Shown piece by piece: positions 40,332-49,307 of a stretch of 64,000 nucleotides of DNA; position 1 is the stretch's first letter, and each line of letters starts with the position of its first letter. A model generated the notes under the pieces. It ran no database searches, was not told where the DNA came from, and was given only the letters and a program-made list of their open reading frames with translations. The DNA is taken from positions 1-64,000 of IMG/VR virus record IMGVR_UViG_3300027628_000003; one strand, given 5' to 3'. The translations under genes and the position numbers were made by a program. This DNA is from a virus.

Positions 40332-41012
40332 CTATGCACTCCAGTTCCCAGCAGCATCCTTAACGAATACTCTGATACCCTTCTGTCCATCCCCAGTGCT
40401 AGCTAATAACAAGTCAAGTGTCTTGATAGTAACGTTGATAGGGTTTGTAGATGTGTCATAGTTACCTGCTGTACCTGACGTATTAACTGAACCGTTAGTT
40501 GTAGGTATTACAGTACCAGTGTTCTGTGCTGATGATGCATTAGCTACTACCTTAACTGCGTACTCAACAAATGGCTTATCAGCAGAGAATGTAAACGTGT
40601 AACCATCCTTAGTAGCTTTCTTAGACACACGTACATCAGAAGCAACAGACGTAACGTTAGGTAACGTTGCACTAAGCTTGATACTATCAGATGCTACTGC
40701 TGATTCGTTCAATACATCATCTCGAATCTTAATATTGACAGTCTTATCTGCGTCACCTGCTGTTAGCTTAATCTGTTTTGTAGGTGTATAAGAAATCCAG
40801 TTAGATGCTACCTCTGTATCCTGAATATCAGAATCATAAGCCTTGTCTACATCTCCCCAAACCTTCATTTGGTATCCAACCGTACTAGCATCAGTTGTTC
40901 CTATAGCAACGTTTACAAGTTGTTTAGTAGTATATTGTGCTCCACTCTCTATGCTTGCTGTAGGGTTAGCTGGACCAACAGTATCGACAGTAATATAGAA
41001 AAAGTTAGCCAT
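40332..41012 (-). CDS. Ig-like-domain structural protein
   Basis: 226 aa with T/S/V-rich beta-type composition. Shares its N-terminus with 39877..40329. Confidence 0.6.
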   Translation of the reverse strand: MANFFYITVDTVGPANPTASIESGAQYTTKQLVNVAIGTTDASTVGYQMKVWGDVDKAYDSDIQDTEVASNWISYTPTKQIKLTAGDADKTVNIKIRDDVLNESAVASDSIKLSATLPNVTSVASDVRVSKKATKDGYTFTFSADKPFVEYAVKVVANASSAQNTGTVIPTTNGSVNTSGTAGNYDTSTNPINVTIKTLDLLLASTGDGQKGIRVFVKDAAGNWSA

Positions 41013-41013
41013 T

Positions 41014-41160
41014 CTATTCTACCTCCTTGATATTATCAGACACTACCTTACTTCCATCTTCAAGCTGTATTACATACTTGCCATTCTCACTGGCAACTAG
41101 GACACCTGTGACTCTTTCTCCGTTTACTGTAGCTTCCACTGTTTTCTTTAGTCCTTCCAT
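41014..41160 (-). CDS. small ORF (48 aa) heading the structural block
   Basis: GGAGGTGCATG-ATG. Reads MEGLKKTVEATVNGERVTGVLVASENGKYVIQLEDGSKVVSDNIKEVE. Its last codons form the RBS of 40332..41012. Below the track cutoff. Confidence 0.45.
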   Translation of the reverse strand: MEGLKKTVEATVNGERVTGVLVASENGKYVIQLEDGSKVVSDNIKEVE

Positions 41161-41351
41161 CATGCACCTCCTAATGTTACCAACTACAAAGAAATATATG
41201 TCTTAATGGGTACAATTTCAAACAGAAGAAACCCTTATCAAGTCTGATAGGGAAGTTCTCGGAGATGCAAACGGATTCGGGGGAAGTTTCCAATAGGAGA
41301 ATGATTGGGAAGTTCATTAGAAAGTTTTGTAAAAAGGGGAAGGGGACGGAG

Positions 41352-41383
41352 GACAAAAAGAAAAGGACTCCCGTAGGAGTCCT
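41352..41383 (-). terminator. intrinsic terminator with UACG tetraloop
   Basis: AGGACTCC-TACG-GGAGTCCT followed by TTTCTTTTTG. Confidence 0.8.
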
Positions 41384-41384
41384 A

Positions 41385-41798
41385 TCACATCATATTAAAA
41401 TCCTTAAACTTGCGTTCCTCCTCTGGTATTCCAGTTATGTAGAATGTATGGTCAGAGTTATAGAACCTCTCTAGTGGGTTATCCATTAGTTTCTGAACCC
41501 ATTCTAGTATCTTATCTTCCTTAAAGCCAAAGTTGTTCATATGACCCTCTAGCTCTTCTTGGAAGAATACTGCTGCTCTATAGTCCCTACTAACACCACT
41601 TCTAGAACTTCTAGATACCTTCATTAACTGGAATTCAGGACGTAGGAAAGTGGTATTACCATTCTCCATACGGAGTACGAAGGCTTTCCCTACCTTTTCT
41701 ATGCATAATTCCCTTACCTGACCATTCTTGAATCTAGCGTGGTGGATACTACAGCTACTTAGGAAATCGCTTAGTATTTCATCATCGACCTTTAACAT
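41385..41798 (-). CDS. hypothetical protein
   Basis: 137 aa. A strong UACG-loop terminator follows directly. Confidence 0.6.
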   Translation of the reverse strand: MLKVDDEILSDFLSSCSIHHARFKNGQVRELCIEKVGKAFVLRMENGNTTFLRPEFQLMKVSRSSRSGVSRDYRAAVFFQEELEGHMNNFGFKEDKILEWVQKLMDNPLERFYNSDHTFYITGIPEEERKFKDFNMM

Positions 41799-42057
41799 CC
41801 TTAGGCACCCCTCTCAGCATAGATTCTTCATACCCACACTCAGTACATTTGTATTTGGCTGACATGTAGTTATCATTACCAGACACCATGACCCACTCAG
41901 TCTTCCTATTCATTGTATCATGCCCGCACTCTATGAATAATTCCTTCTCTAGAGACATTAATTCTCTATTCATATCTATCATGTTCTTGGAAGTCTCTTC
42001 CATAGTGTGTCGTAACGTTAATACCCTCTTCAGTTTCTCATCTCTTATAGCTGACAT
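41782..42057 (-). CDS. hypothetical zinc-ribbon protein
   Basis: 91 aa with ECGHD...CTECG. Confidence 0.55.
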   Translation of the reverse strand: MSAIRDEKLKRVLTLRHTMEETSKNMIDMNRELMSLEKELFIECGHDTMNRKTEWVMVSGNDNYMSAKYKCTECGYEESMLRGVPKDVKGR

Positions 42058-42072
42058 AAAGCTTGTCCCCCT

Positions 42073-42336
42073 TTATTTTATAAGTGCTGTGTTAATTGTC
42101 TCTGATACTACTACATCCACCTTGGTGTCTATGATATCTCTATCAGACTTCCTATGATCCCAGTTAGAAGTAAATGTAACATCCTTGGTATCCCCATGCT
42201 CATTTTTGAAGGATAATACTATTTCCTCATAGTCTCCGCTCATGTCACCATGCATTATTACATCTGCATGGGCTAACTCCCATCCCTTTACCTTAGCTAG
42301 TAGACTGTTAAATGCTTTATTAGTTACTACTACCAT
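42073..42336 (-). CDS. hypothetical protein
   Basis: 87 aa, 1-nt overlap upstream. Confidence 0.55.
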   Translation of the reverse strand: MVVVTNKAFNSLLAKVKGWELAHADVIMHGDMSGDYEEIVLSFKNEHGDTKDVTFTSNWDHRKSDRDIIDTKVDVVVSETINTALIK

Positions 42337-42758
42337 TAGTTAATCACCTCTTCCACGTCTACTACTTGTACTCCTGGTGCAAACTCACTATTGGCTTGTA
42401 CCACCATATAAATCTCTGCTCTCAATACTGGCTCTAGATTCATAATAGCCAATACTAACTCTCTAGAGAATGTCTCAGCATGTACGATGATAACAGAAGG
42501 AGTAGCACCAAATACTGGAATTAGACATTTCACTACTGCTAACTCAGGATTATCTGAATCTTGTGGCTTAACGGATGATACCATGAAGTTACTTTTATGA
42601 ACCCCTAACTCCTGTTTAGCTTCACCAAAGCGCTTACCTAGTTCAGTTGCTAGGCTTGTTATAATTAATGTTTCCTTACCCTCACTAGCATGCTTTTTAG
42701 CTATTTCGATTACTTTCTGGCTCTTACCTGACGCTACCTTACCAATAATTAGTTTCAT
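42336..42758 (-). CDS. small P-loop protein
   Basis: 140 aa with an N-terminal Walker A, GKVASGKS. Confidence 0.55.
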   Translation of the reverse strand: MKLIIGKVASGKSQKVIEIAKKHASEGKETLIITSLATELGKRFGEAKQELGVHKSNFMVSSVKPQDSDNPELAVVKCLIPVFGATPSVIIVHAETFSRELVLAIMNLEPVLRAEIYMVVQANSEFAPGVQVVDVEEVIN

Positions 42759-42759
42759 A

Positions 42760-43053
42760 TTATTTCTCTCCCTCTTGTAGTTTTTTCATATATAATTTGT
42801 AAATCTTAGATACCTTAGCTACGCTAGATCCACTAGAGAATCCTACGATTCTCACTGCTGGGTTATGTGCATGTTCTAACTCATCGTTGTATGTATTGCG
42901 TAGAAAGTTAAGTCTTGCAGTAAAGTTTTCCTTAGGGTCAATAATAAGTTGCGGTGCTGGGTGCTCTGGCATTACTACTAATAGTGACATCCACTCTGCT
43001 CCTTCTAACATTGCTGAACGGATACACACAATTAAGTCTTCTTTACTGTTCAT
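42760..43053 (-). CDS. hypothetical protein
   Basis: 97 aa, 1-nt gap downstream. Confidence 0.55.
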   Translation of the reverse strand: MNSKEDLIVCIRSAMLEGAEWMSLLVVMPEHPAPQLIIDPKENFTARLNFLRNTYNDELEHAHNPAVRIVGFSSGSSVAKVSKIYKLYMKKLQEGEK

Positions 43054-43132
43054 CTAATCCTCTCCCCTTTTGAACTAGAGCCTTAGACTCTCTATAATAC
43101 TCACCCCCTAAGGGGCAAGCATGTAACAAAGT

Positions 43133-43393
43133 CTACTTCTTCTCTAGATTACGTAGCACATTAATCTCAAGTGCTATCCACAACAAACCAAAAGTTACCA
43201 CTACTGCTACATGTCTTATCATTTGCATTATGGACTCGCCTGACAACTGGGTAGCCTGCATAGCAGATTGTGCATCCCCCACTCTAGTGTTGTAAATGTC
43301 AATCATATCCTTAACATTACCCAAGTATATAAACAACATTAGAAGCGATGCCACCCTTACTGCCCACGGAATATACTTGATGACGCCCTTCAT
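43133..43393 (-). CDS. membrane protein (2 helices)
   Basis: 86 aa with IPWAVRVASLLMLFIYL and VAVVVTFGLLWIALEI. Confidence 0.55.
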   Translation of the reverse strand: MKGVIKYIPWAVRVASLLMLFIYLGNVKDMIDIYNTRVGDAQSAMQATQLSGESIMQMIRHVAVVVTFGLLWIALEINVLRNLEKK

Positions 43394-43395
43394 AA

Positions 43396-43575
43396 CTATA
43401 CCCCCATTAGTTTGTGGTTATTCAACTGGTTGCGAAGGGTATAGAGTTTAGCCTTAGCTTGTTGTTTAGCTTGGTCATCATTAGATTGCATAGCATCGAA
43501 TAAAGTTTGTAACTGGTAATCAATATCCATCTTAATCACATTCAACTTTACTACAGCTTCTCTTTTCCCTTTCAT
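43396..43575 (-). CDS. hypothetical protein
   Basis: Start moved to the ATG at 43575 (aaaaggagtgtgtcca-ATG). 59 aa. Confidence 0.5.
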   Translation of the reverse strand: MKGKREAVVKLNVIKMDIDYQLQTLFDAMQSNDDQAKQQAKAKLYTLRNQLNNHKLMGV

Positions 43576-43652
43576 TGGACACACTCCTTTTATATTAGTC
43601 TATGTGCTATCCCTTGATGTTAGAACCAAATATTGTGTACAATCCCCAGTTG

Positions 43653-43853
43653 TCATACATCCCTACTGTTCCACTTCTTGACTACTAAACTCTCCAACGT
43701 ACTCTCATGCTCTGACCTATCAATGTTACGAAACACTTTGTTCTGTACTCGCTTCAGCAGAGTCTTATAGCCATGCTTATTCTTCCTCATGGCTTCACTT
43801 ACCTCTAGCTGAAAGGCTCGTAAAGTGTCCTTACGCTTCCCCACAGGTCTCAC
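43653..43853 (-). CDS. hypothetical basic protein
   Basis: 66 aa. GTG start, possibly the second GTG at 43844. Confidence 0.45.
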   Translation of the reverse strand: MRPVGKRKDTLRAFQLEVSEAMRKNKHGYKTLLKRVQNKVFRNIDRSEHESTLESLVVKKWNSRDV

Positions 43854-43866
43854 CCCCTTTAGGGGA

Positions 43867-43989
43867 TTAGCCGATGAATAGTCTACGAATTAGTGAGAAA
43901 GGAGACAGGACAGGGTTACGTCCTGACTTCTCATAGTAATGTAAGTTGCGTAATGCTCTAGCTAATCCACCCATAGTATTCTTATCCAT
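43867..43989 (-). CDS. small ORF (40 aa), possible
   Basis: TAGGAGGAAATTATA-ATG straight after the upstream stop. Reads MDKNTMGGLARALRNLHYYEKSGRNPVLSPFSLIRRLFIG. Confidence 0.35.
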   Translation of the reverse strand: MDKNTMGGLARALRNLHYYEKSGRNPVLSPFSLIRRLFIG

Positions 43990-44001
43990 TATAATTTCCT
44001 C

Positions 44002-44262
44002 CTACTCCAACGTATCCTTACGTTTATCTATACAACTGTTGCAGGCAACTCCACCTGCATTATCTACTTCTTTGCCACAATACTTACACTCTTCAGGTAA
44101 GTCATCATGCATCCACTTATCTGAACCATTCTCATCTGTACCCTCTTTAGGAGAGAAGGTAACGGTACCCTTCTCATAATCCATGCACATTATCAAAGAA
44201 CTACTACCCTGCATAGCAGAGTTCCTTGCCTTAGCATAATACATAATCATTTGGTCAGCCAT
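44002..44262 (-). CDS. hypothetical zinc-binding protein
   Basis: 86 aa with CKYCGKE...CNSC. Confidence 0.55.
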   Translation of the reverse strand: MADQMIMYYAKARNSAMQGSSSLIMCMDYEKGTVTFSPKEGTDENGSDKWMHDDLPEECKYCGKEVDNAGGVACNSCIDKRKDTLE

Positions 44263-44267
44263 AGCAA

Positions 44268-44498
44268 TTACCTCCTTAGTAAGTTCTCTTGGCTACGAGC
44301 AAGCTCCACTAATGCTGGATACTTTCTATAGAAGTCACTAATGAACTTCATTGCTGACTGCTCATCTGGAAGACCTGTAGCCTTTAGTACTTGGTCAACC
44401 TCTTTAGCTAACATCTGGTCGAATAGGTCACCTTGCACTGGAACTGATGTGACACCCTTACGATTACTCTTAGCTGTAAACTCAATCACGTTTGTCAT
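44268..44498 (-). CDS. hypothetical protein
   Basis: 76 aa, 5-nt gap downstream. Confidence 0.55.
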   Translation of the reverse strand: MTNVIEFTAKSNRKGVTSVPVQGDLFDQMLAKEVDQVLKATGLPDEQSAMKFISDFYRKYPALVELARSQENLLRR

Positions 44499-44534
44499 AT
44501 GGACACTCTCCTTTGATTAATAAAACGAGGACGA

Positions 44535-44921
44535 TTAAATTGTTCTCTTCTCGGTATTAACGTCAACTATTACATCACCTAGACACTCATAATAACTTTT
44601 CAATAGCTCTACGCCAATTTCTACATCCCTTACACATCCACATTTGACAACCTCTTCTGTATTAGGAAGTGCCTCATCAGTTAGTTTTATAAGGTAATGA
44701 CCCTCAGGCATCTCTATAACGTTAAGCCACTTAGGGGCTTTATATTTTCCAGGTTTAAGGTCTACCCATTCCCAGTTATCATGTACAGGGGTACCGATGT
44801 TCTTCCAGTACCCATGCTCTGTCCACTTACGCCTACGAGGATCATATTGCTTACGTAAATCTCGCTCATAAGCTTTCCCACCCAACCGTCTAAATAAATC
44901 TCCAAAGAGACCCATAGACAC
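44535..44921 (-). CDS. hypothetical protein
   Basis: 128 aa, GTG start. Confidence 0.55.
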   Translation of the reverse strand: MSMGLFGDLFRRLGGKAYERDLRKQYDPRRRKWTEHGYWKNIGTPVHDNWEWVDLKPGKYKAPKWLNVIEMPEGHYLIKLTDEALPNTEEVVKCGCVRDVEIGVELLKSYYECLGDVIVDVNTEKRTI

Positions 44922-44936
44922 CCACCTCCTATAAGA

Positions 44937-45071
44937 TTAACTTCTTCCGTATTGCAGGTACAACTCACCCAGAGTATTTAGGATAAGCTCTACTGCTTCA
45001 TCATGGTCACGCTCACCCTCTTCTATGTCTGCATAGAACCCTACCAATTTCTTTAACTGCTCCTCATTCAT
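44937..45071 (-). CDS. small acidic ORF (44 aa)
   Basis: GGAGGTAACTAAT-ATG. Reads MNEEQLKKLVGFYADIEEGERDHDEAVELILNTLGELYLQYGRS. Below the track cutoff. Confidence 0.4.
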   Translation of the reverse strand: MNEEQLKKLVGFYADIEEGERDHDEAVELILNTLGELYLQYGRS

Positions 45072-45086
45072 ATTAGTTACCTCCTA

Positions 45087-45488
45087 TTATATTGTTGTCT
45101 TGAATGTAGTACTTGGTTGCTTCATTTTAAACTCATCGCACATCGTTCTAGATAGCTTTTTCTCCTTGATAAAGCCCTCTACCATATCCTTGTTGACTAC
45201 TATTTCCTTACACTTGCGAGCAAGGTGGGCAGGTATAGCAGTTAATAGGGAAGGGTCATAAGTAGTATACAGGGCATTCTGCACTACTCTTTCACCCTCT
45301 CTAAGTTCTACTCCACCCCCATTAGTACCTGAAACAGCATACACACTACGTACTATCATCTCATCTTCAATAAGACCACGTAGTCTCTTTAGCTCTTTCT
45401 CTAACTTCTTAGATTCTTCATACACCTTTAAGTATTCATCCACATTTGCCTGCATTTGTTTAGTGATAACACGTTGTTTTACTGCCAT
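45087..45488 (-). CDS. hypothetical protein
   Basis: 133 aa with RBS aaaaggagctggttata. Confidence 0.6.
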   Translation of the reverse strand: MAVKQRVITKQMQANVDEYLKVYEESKKLEKELKRLRGLIEDEMIVRSVYAVSGTNGGGVELREGERVVQNALYTTYDPSLLTAIPAHLARKCKEIVVNKDMVEGFIKEKKLSRTMCDEFKMKQPSTTFKTTI

Positions 45489-45646
45489 TATAACCAGCTC
45501 CTTTTATCTTTGGTATCTTTTGAAGTTAGTTTGCCCGAAGAACGGAATCTCCATCCTTAGCTACTCCGTAGAGTGAACCAACCAACTCAACTTGATGAGT
45601 TCATTTTGAAGGAAACCACACCAGAAGTCAAACAAATGAAAAGGAA

Positions 45647-46399
45647 CTAGGCTGAAGTACCTAGCTCCTTATTGATTTCCGCTATTGTTCTCCCAAGAGG
45701 GGCGTTTATAACTACATCAGCTATATGGTCTAACTGTGTCTCGTCATTATTAATGATTACTAGGCTTCCACCATTCTTCTTAGTGTAGGCAGGTAGAATG
45801 GCTGCTGGAGTTACTTGTAGGGAAGACCCCATTACAATAGTAAGGTCTGCTGATTGCACCGCAGACAAGGACAATGCTAAAGTGTTCTGGGATAACTGCT
45901 CGTTAAATAGAACGATGTTAGGTCTAAGAAGTCCACCACAATGAGGACATCTGATGTTATGCAGGTAATAAGAACTAGGAGTACTCTTTTTACATGCAGA
46001 GCAGAAGCAACTAGCTAAATCACCATGCAACATATGCACAGGAATCTTAGCGGTGTTAACCTGGCTATGATATCCATCAACATTCTGGGTAATAATGTGA
46101 TGTATTAGCCCTTGCTCAGCCCAGTCATTAATACACATATAAGACTCATCAGGCTCATTACTTAACACTTGACCAATTCTCTCTCTATAGTACTCAGTAA
46201 ATTCAAAGGTGCTATCCCACAACCCTCTAGTAGTAGCTAATTCTTGAATACGTCTGTTTTTGTAGAGACCGCTAGAGCTTCTAAAATCTTGTAGCCCGCA
46301 TTCGGTTGAAAGTCCAGCACCAGACAGAACCACCGTCTTTTTGCTCCCCTTTAGCAACTCACTAACCTTCTTGATAGTCTCATTGTATACTGTGTTCAT
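45647..46399 (-). CDS. Sir2-family NAD-dependent deacylase/ADP-ribosyltransferase (sirtuin, CobB-like)
   Basis: 250 aa. Rossmann motif GAGLSTECGLQDFRSSSGLY, catalytic QNVDGYH, and a four-Cys zinc module CFCSAC...CPHCGG. Confidence 0.85.
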   Translation of the reverse strand: MNTVYNETIKKVSELLKGSKKTVVLSGAGLSTECGLQDFRSSSGLYKNRRIQELATTRGLWDSTFEFTEYYRERIGQVLSNEPDESYMCINDWAEQGLIHHIITQNVDGYHSQVNTAKIPVHMLHGDLASCFCSACKKSTPSSYYLHNIRCPHCGGLLRPNIVLFNEQLSQNTLALSLSAVQSADLTIVMGSSLQVTPAAILPAYTKKNGGSLVIINNDETQLDHIADVVINAPLGRTIAEINKELGTSA

Positions 46400-46600
46400 C
46401 TGAACCTCTCCTTTTTCTCGGTTGTCTTTTCTACCAGACTACACCTAATTCTGTTTCTAGCTTCTCACAAGTAGGACACAAGCCATCCTCTACCTCATCA
46501 GGCTGGGTATCACTAAACTTTGGTGAGGTACTATATGGGTGATAACAATTACTACATCTAATTACTGTACACCCCTCTTCTAAAGAAGCAAGAGGGGAGA

Positions 46601-48634
46601 TTACTCCCCCACTGCACCTCTCATAATCTCTTGCTGTTCTTTAAGGATAGGGTCTAACACTCGGCTCTGGTACTCCTCACTTACTTTCTTAGCATTAAAG
46701 GCACCAATACCCAGCTCTCTAGCAAAACGACTTACCTTACAACGTCTACCATTGAAGCCTTGTAGACAAGATACATATACTTCACTTTCGGCTCTTGTAA
46801 TGCCAACATATAATAATCTACGCTCTTCCTCAATAGCTAAAGGCTTACCATCCTCTGCTGCTTCTACTGCTCTAAAGTGAGGTAACACTCCTTCAGACAC
46901 ACCCACACAGAATGCTACAGGGAACTCAAGACCCTTACTCTTATGGATAGTCATTAACTGAACCCCATCAATACTATGTTTAGCTTGGGAAGTCATTAAG
47001 TCAATGTAGTCTAAGAAATCCCCAAGGTCATCATAGCGGTCTAGAACATATTGAAGAGTTGCAATGTTCTCCATACGGCTACTCTCTTCTTCCTCTTCTT
47101 CACCTAAGATATAGTCCTTATATCCAACGTTATCTAGAAGATGATTAACTAAGTCTGTAGGGGTTGCACCCTCTTCTAACATCTCTTGTAGGTCTTTAAT
47201 GATGCCTGCAAACTCTAGAGAGCCTTTAACCTGATAGTTTTGTAGCTTCAGCTTACCAGACAGAATAGCTTCCCAGTGTGAGCCATCAAAAGCACTTACC
47301 TTGTTGTAGAACTCCTTACCTAAGTATCGGCTAGGAACGTTGTATACACGCTTGAATGCCTGGTTATTATCTGGGTTGACTGCTAGTTGCAGGTAAGATA
47401 CAAGGTCTTTAACCTCTTTACGTTCATAGAAAGAGATACCTCCATGAATAACGTATGGTAGACCTGCCATGATTAACTCATCTTCAATAGCACGAGATTG
47501 AGCATTGGTACGGTAAAGTATTGCAATATCCTTGTGGTTTCTGCCCTTCTTCTCTATCTGAATCTTGATATCCTCTACTACTTGTTTAGCTTCCTCTGTC
47601 TCATCCTTGAATACAGATAGAGCTACGCAATCGCTATCATCCTTCTTATGTGCTTTAAGCGTCTTCTTGATACGCTTAGTGTTATGTTTGATAAGGTTGT
47701 TAGCAATCTCTAGAATTGCTGGGTTACTACGATAGTTATCCTCTAATGCAATAGACTGTACTCCACTGAATGAAGAACTAAACTCAATAAATTGTTCTGG
47801 TCTTGCACCACGGAAACCGTACATAGACTGGTCATCGTCACCTACGATAAATAAGTTATTCTCTGGATAAGCAAGCATAGACATTAGTTCATATTGTAAT
47901 GAGTTGCTATCTTGTGCCTCATCCACTAGTATGTATTTGTAGATAGCTTGGTATTTCTGAAGGATATCTGGATGCTCTTTAAATAGCTTCCATGTAAGGT
48001 AAAGCATGTCGTCCCCATCAATCTTATTCTGACTAGTCTTAGCAAGCTCATAGCGTCTGAAGAACTCAATATAGCAGTCCATTCTAGTACCCTTACCTGC
48101 ATTCTCCTCTTCAAAGTCTCGGTAGTCTTTACCTTCATTCTTAGTTAAACCAACTACCTTTAGTAGACCTGGAACTGGCATGTCTCTTAGCTCTTCCTTA
48201 ATACTGAACTCAACAGTTCTATCCATCATGATAGCTTTAATGATACTCTCAGCAAAGTACTTTTGAGAGTTACCCATTAGTACTCCATCCTTCTTCTTAA
48301 ACGCTTGGAATAGGGGATTGCCTAAAGCCTCATATTCCTTCTTTAGAATACGGTAACCAATAGAATGTGTAGTACCAATTGTTAACTGCATAAGCTTCAT
48401 CTGTGGGATTAACTTACTAAGACGCTCTGTCATCTCCTCACTAGCCTTCTTAGTAAATGTTGTTAACATGATATTCTTAGGCTTGATTTTAAGGTCAGTA
48501 ATCATGTGTGCTGTACGGTGTGTTAGGACACGAGTCTTACCTGAACCTGCTACTGCATTTATTTGAATACGACCATCTATTGCTAATACTGCCTGCTCTT
48601 GGCTTGGATTTAACCCATCAATAAATTTACTCAC
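46601..48634 (-). CDS. UvrD/PcrA/Rep-type superfamily-1 DNA helicase
   Basis: 677 aa with a GTG start after aaaaggagagggtatta. Motif I AVAGSGKTRV, motif II LVDEAQDS, plus FIVGDDDQSMYGFRGA, TIHKSKGLEF and LLYVGITRA. Confidence 0.85.
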   Translation of the reverse strand: MSKFIDGLNPSQEQAVLAIDGRIQINAVAGSGKTRVLTHRTAHMITDLKIKPKNIMLTTFTKKASEEMTERLSKLIPQMKLMQLTIGTTHSIGYRILKKEYEALGNPLFQAFKKKDGVLMGNSQKYFAESIIKAIMMDRTVEFSIKEELRDMPVPGLLKVVGLTKNEGKDYRDFEEENAGKGTRMDCYIEFFRRYELAKTSQNKIDGDDMLYLTWKLFKEHPDILQKYQAIYKYILVDEAQDSNSLQYELMSMLAYPENNLFIVGDDDQSMYGFRGARPEQFIEFSSSFSGVQSIALEDNYRSNPAILEIANNLIKHNTKRIKKTLKAHKKDDSDCVALSVFKDETEEAKQVVEDIKIQIEKKGRNHKDIAILYRTNAQSRAIEDELIMAGLPYVIHGGISFYERKEVKDLVSYLQLAVNPDNNQAFKRVYNVPSRYLGKEFYNKVSAFDGSHWEAILSGKLKLQNYQVKGSLEFAGIIKDLQEMLEEGATPTDLVNHLLDNVGYKDYILGEEEEEESSRMENIATLQYVLDRYDDLGDFLDYIDLMTSQAKHSIDGVQLMTIHKSKGLEFPVAFCVGVSEGVLPHFRAVEAAEDGKPLAIEEERRLLYVGITRAESEVYVSCLQGFNGRRCKVSRFARELGIGAFNAKKVSEEYQSRVLDPILKEQQEIMRGAVGE

Positions 48635-48693
48635 TAATACCCTCTCCTTTTAGCTCTGGTCTAGAGGGAGGAAGTTCTCCCTCTCACAAGACC

Positions 48694-48722
48694 ATTTTCT
48701 CACGACTGGAAACAGAAATCAA
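48694..48722 (-). promoter_or_regulatory. early-type promoter P6 in front of the UvrD-Sir2 genes
   Basis: Minus strand reads gaaCGTCC-TTGATT, 17 nt ending TGa, then GAAAAT. The leader contains the hairpin GAGGGAG-N6-CTCCCTC. Confidence 0.5.
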
Positions 48723-49306
48723 GGACGTTCGCTATTGTTACGCTTTATTTTGCATGTTCTAACCCACTCCCTAATGAGATTACGAGGTACTAACACTCTT
48801 GTATTATTGAAGTCCCTACGCATATCACTGTCTAATAAAGCCAGCTCAACCACGTCATGTCTCTTCTCTACTATGTCCCAATTGCTTTGAGGTACCATAG
48901 GTATCACGTTCTCCCCACTAGGAACTTCTACTAGGCACACAACTATTAAGATTTCTCCCTCAAATAACCTCACCCTAGCCATGCTGTCCTGTATGTCTTC
49001 CTCATCCTTACGTATGCGATTTGACAAGCAGTTATTCTTTACACAGTAGTAGCCAATGGGTGCTCCATGTTTTTCCCAGTCCCCATTACCTATTAGACCA
49101 CCTCCACCCCCTACATGGAGATTTCCTAATAGTTCTAGGTACCCTTCAGAGTCAGCAACGTGGTTAGCTCCACATTCAGAGCAGGTAATAAAATCTACTA
49201 CTTCACCCTCTGGTATTTCCTGAATCATCCCACTAGATTTAAGTACCCCTTTTCTAACCTTATTCTGCACCTTCATCCCAACTACTTCCTCTAATGTCTC
49301 TGCCAT
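48719..49306 (-). CDS. hypothetical CxxC/Gly-run protein (paralogue of 49308..49910)
   Basis: 195 aa. Shares E(E/V)V.G...QN..RK.VLKS.G...C.EC......E.Y.EL.GNLHVGG.GG.L.GNGDW...G.P..Y.C.NN.CLS with its neighbour. Confidence 0.6.
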   Translation of the reverse strand: MAETLEEVVGMKVQNKVRKGVLKSSGMIQEIPEGEVVDFITCSECGANHVADSEGYLELLGNLHVGGGGGLIGNGDWEKHGAPIGYYCVKNNCLSNRIRKDEEDIQDSMARVRLFEGEILIVVCLVEVPSGENVIPMVPQSNWDIVEKRHDVVELALLDSDMRRDFNNTRVLVPRNLIREWVRTCKIKRNNSERP

Positions 49307-49307
49307 A

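Noticed and set aside
45647-46399. Calling the Sir2 protein a defence-type NADase effector of an abortive-infection system.
   Set aside because: It retains the zinc-ribbon Cys4 module and the canonical sirtuin catalytic motif. It sits in a phage early operon without a sensor partner typical of Thoeris, DSR or SIR2-HerA. The activity cannot be inferred from sequence alone.
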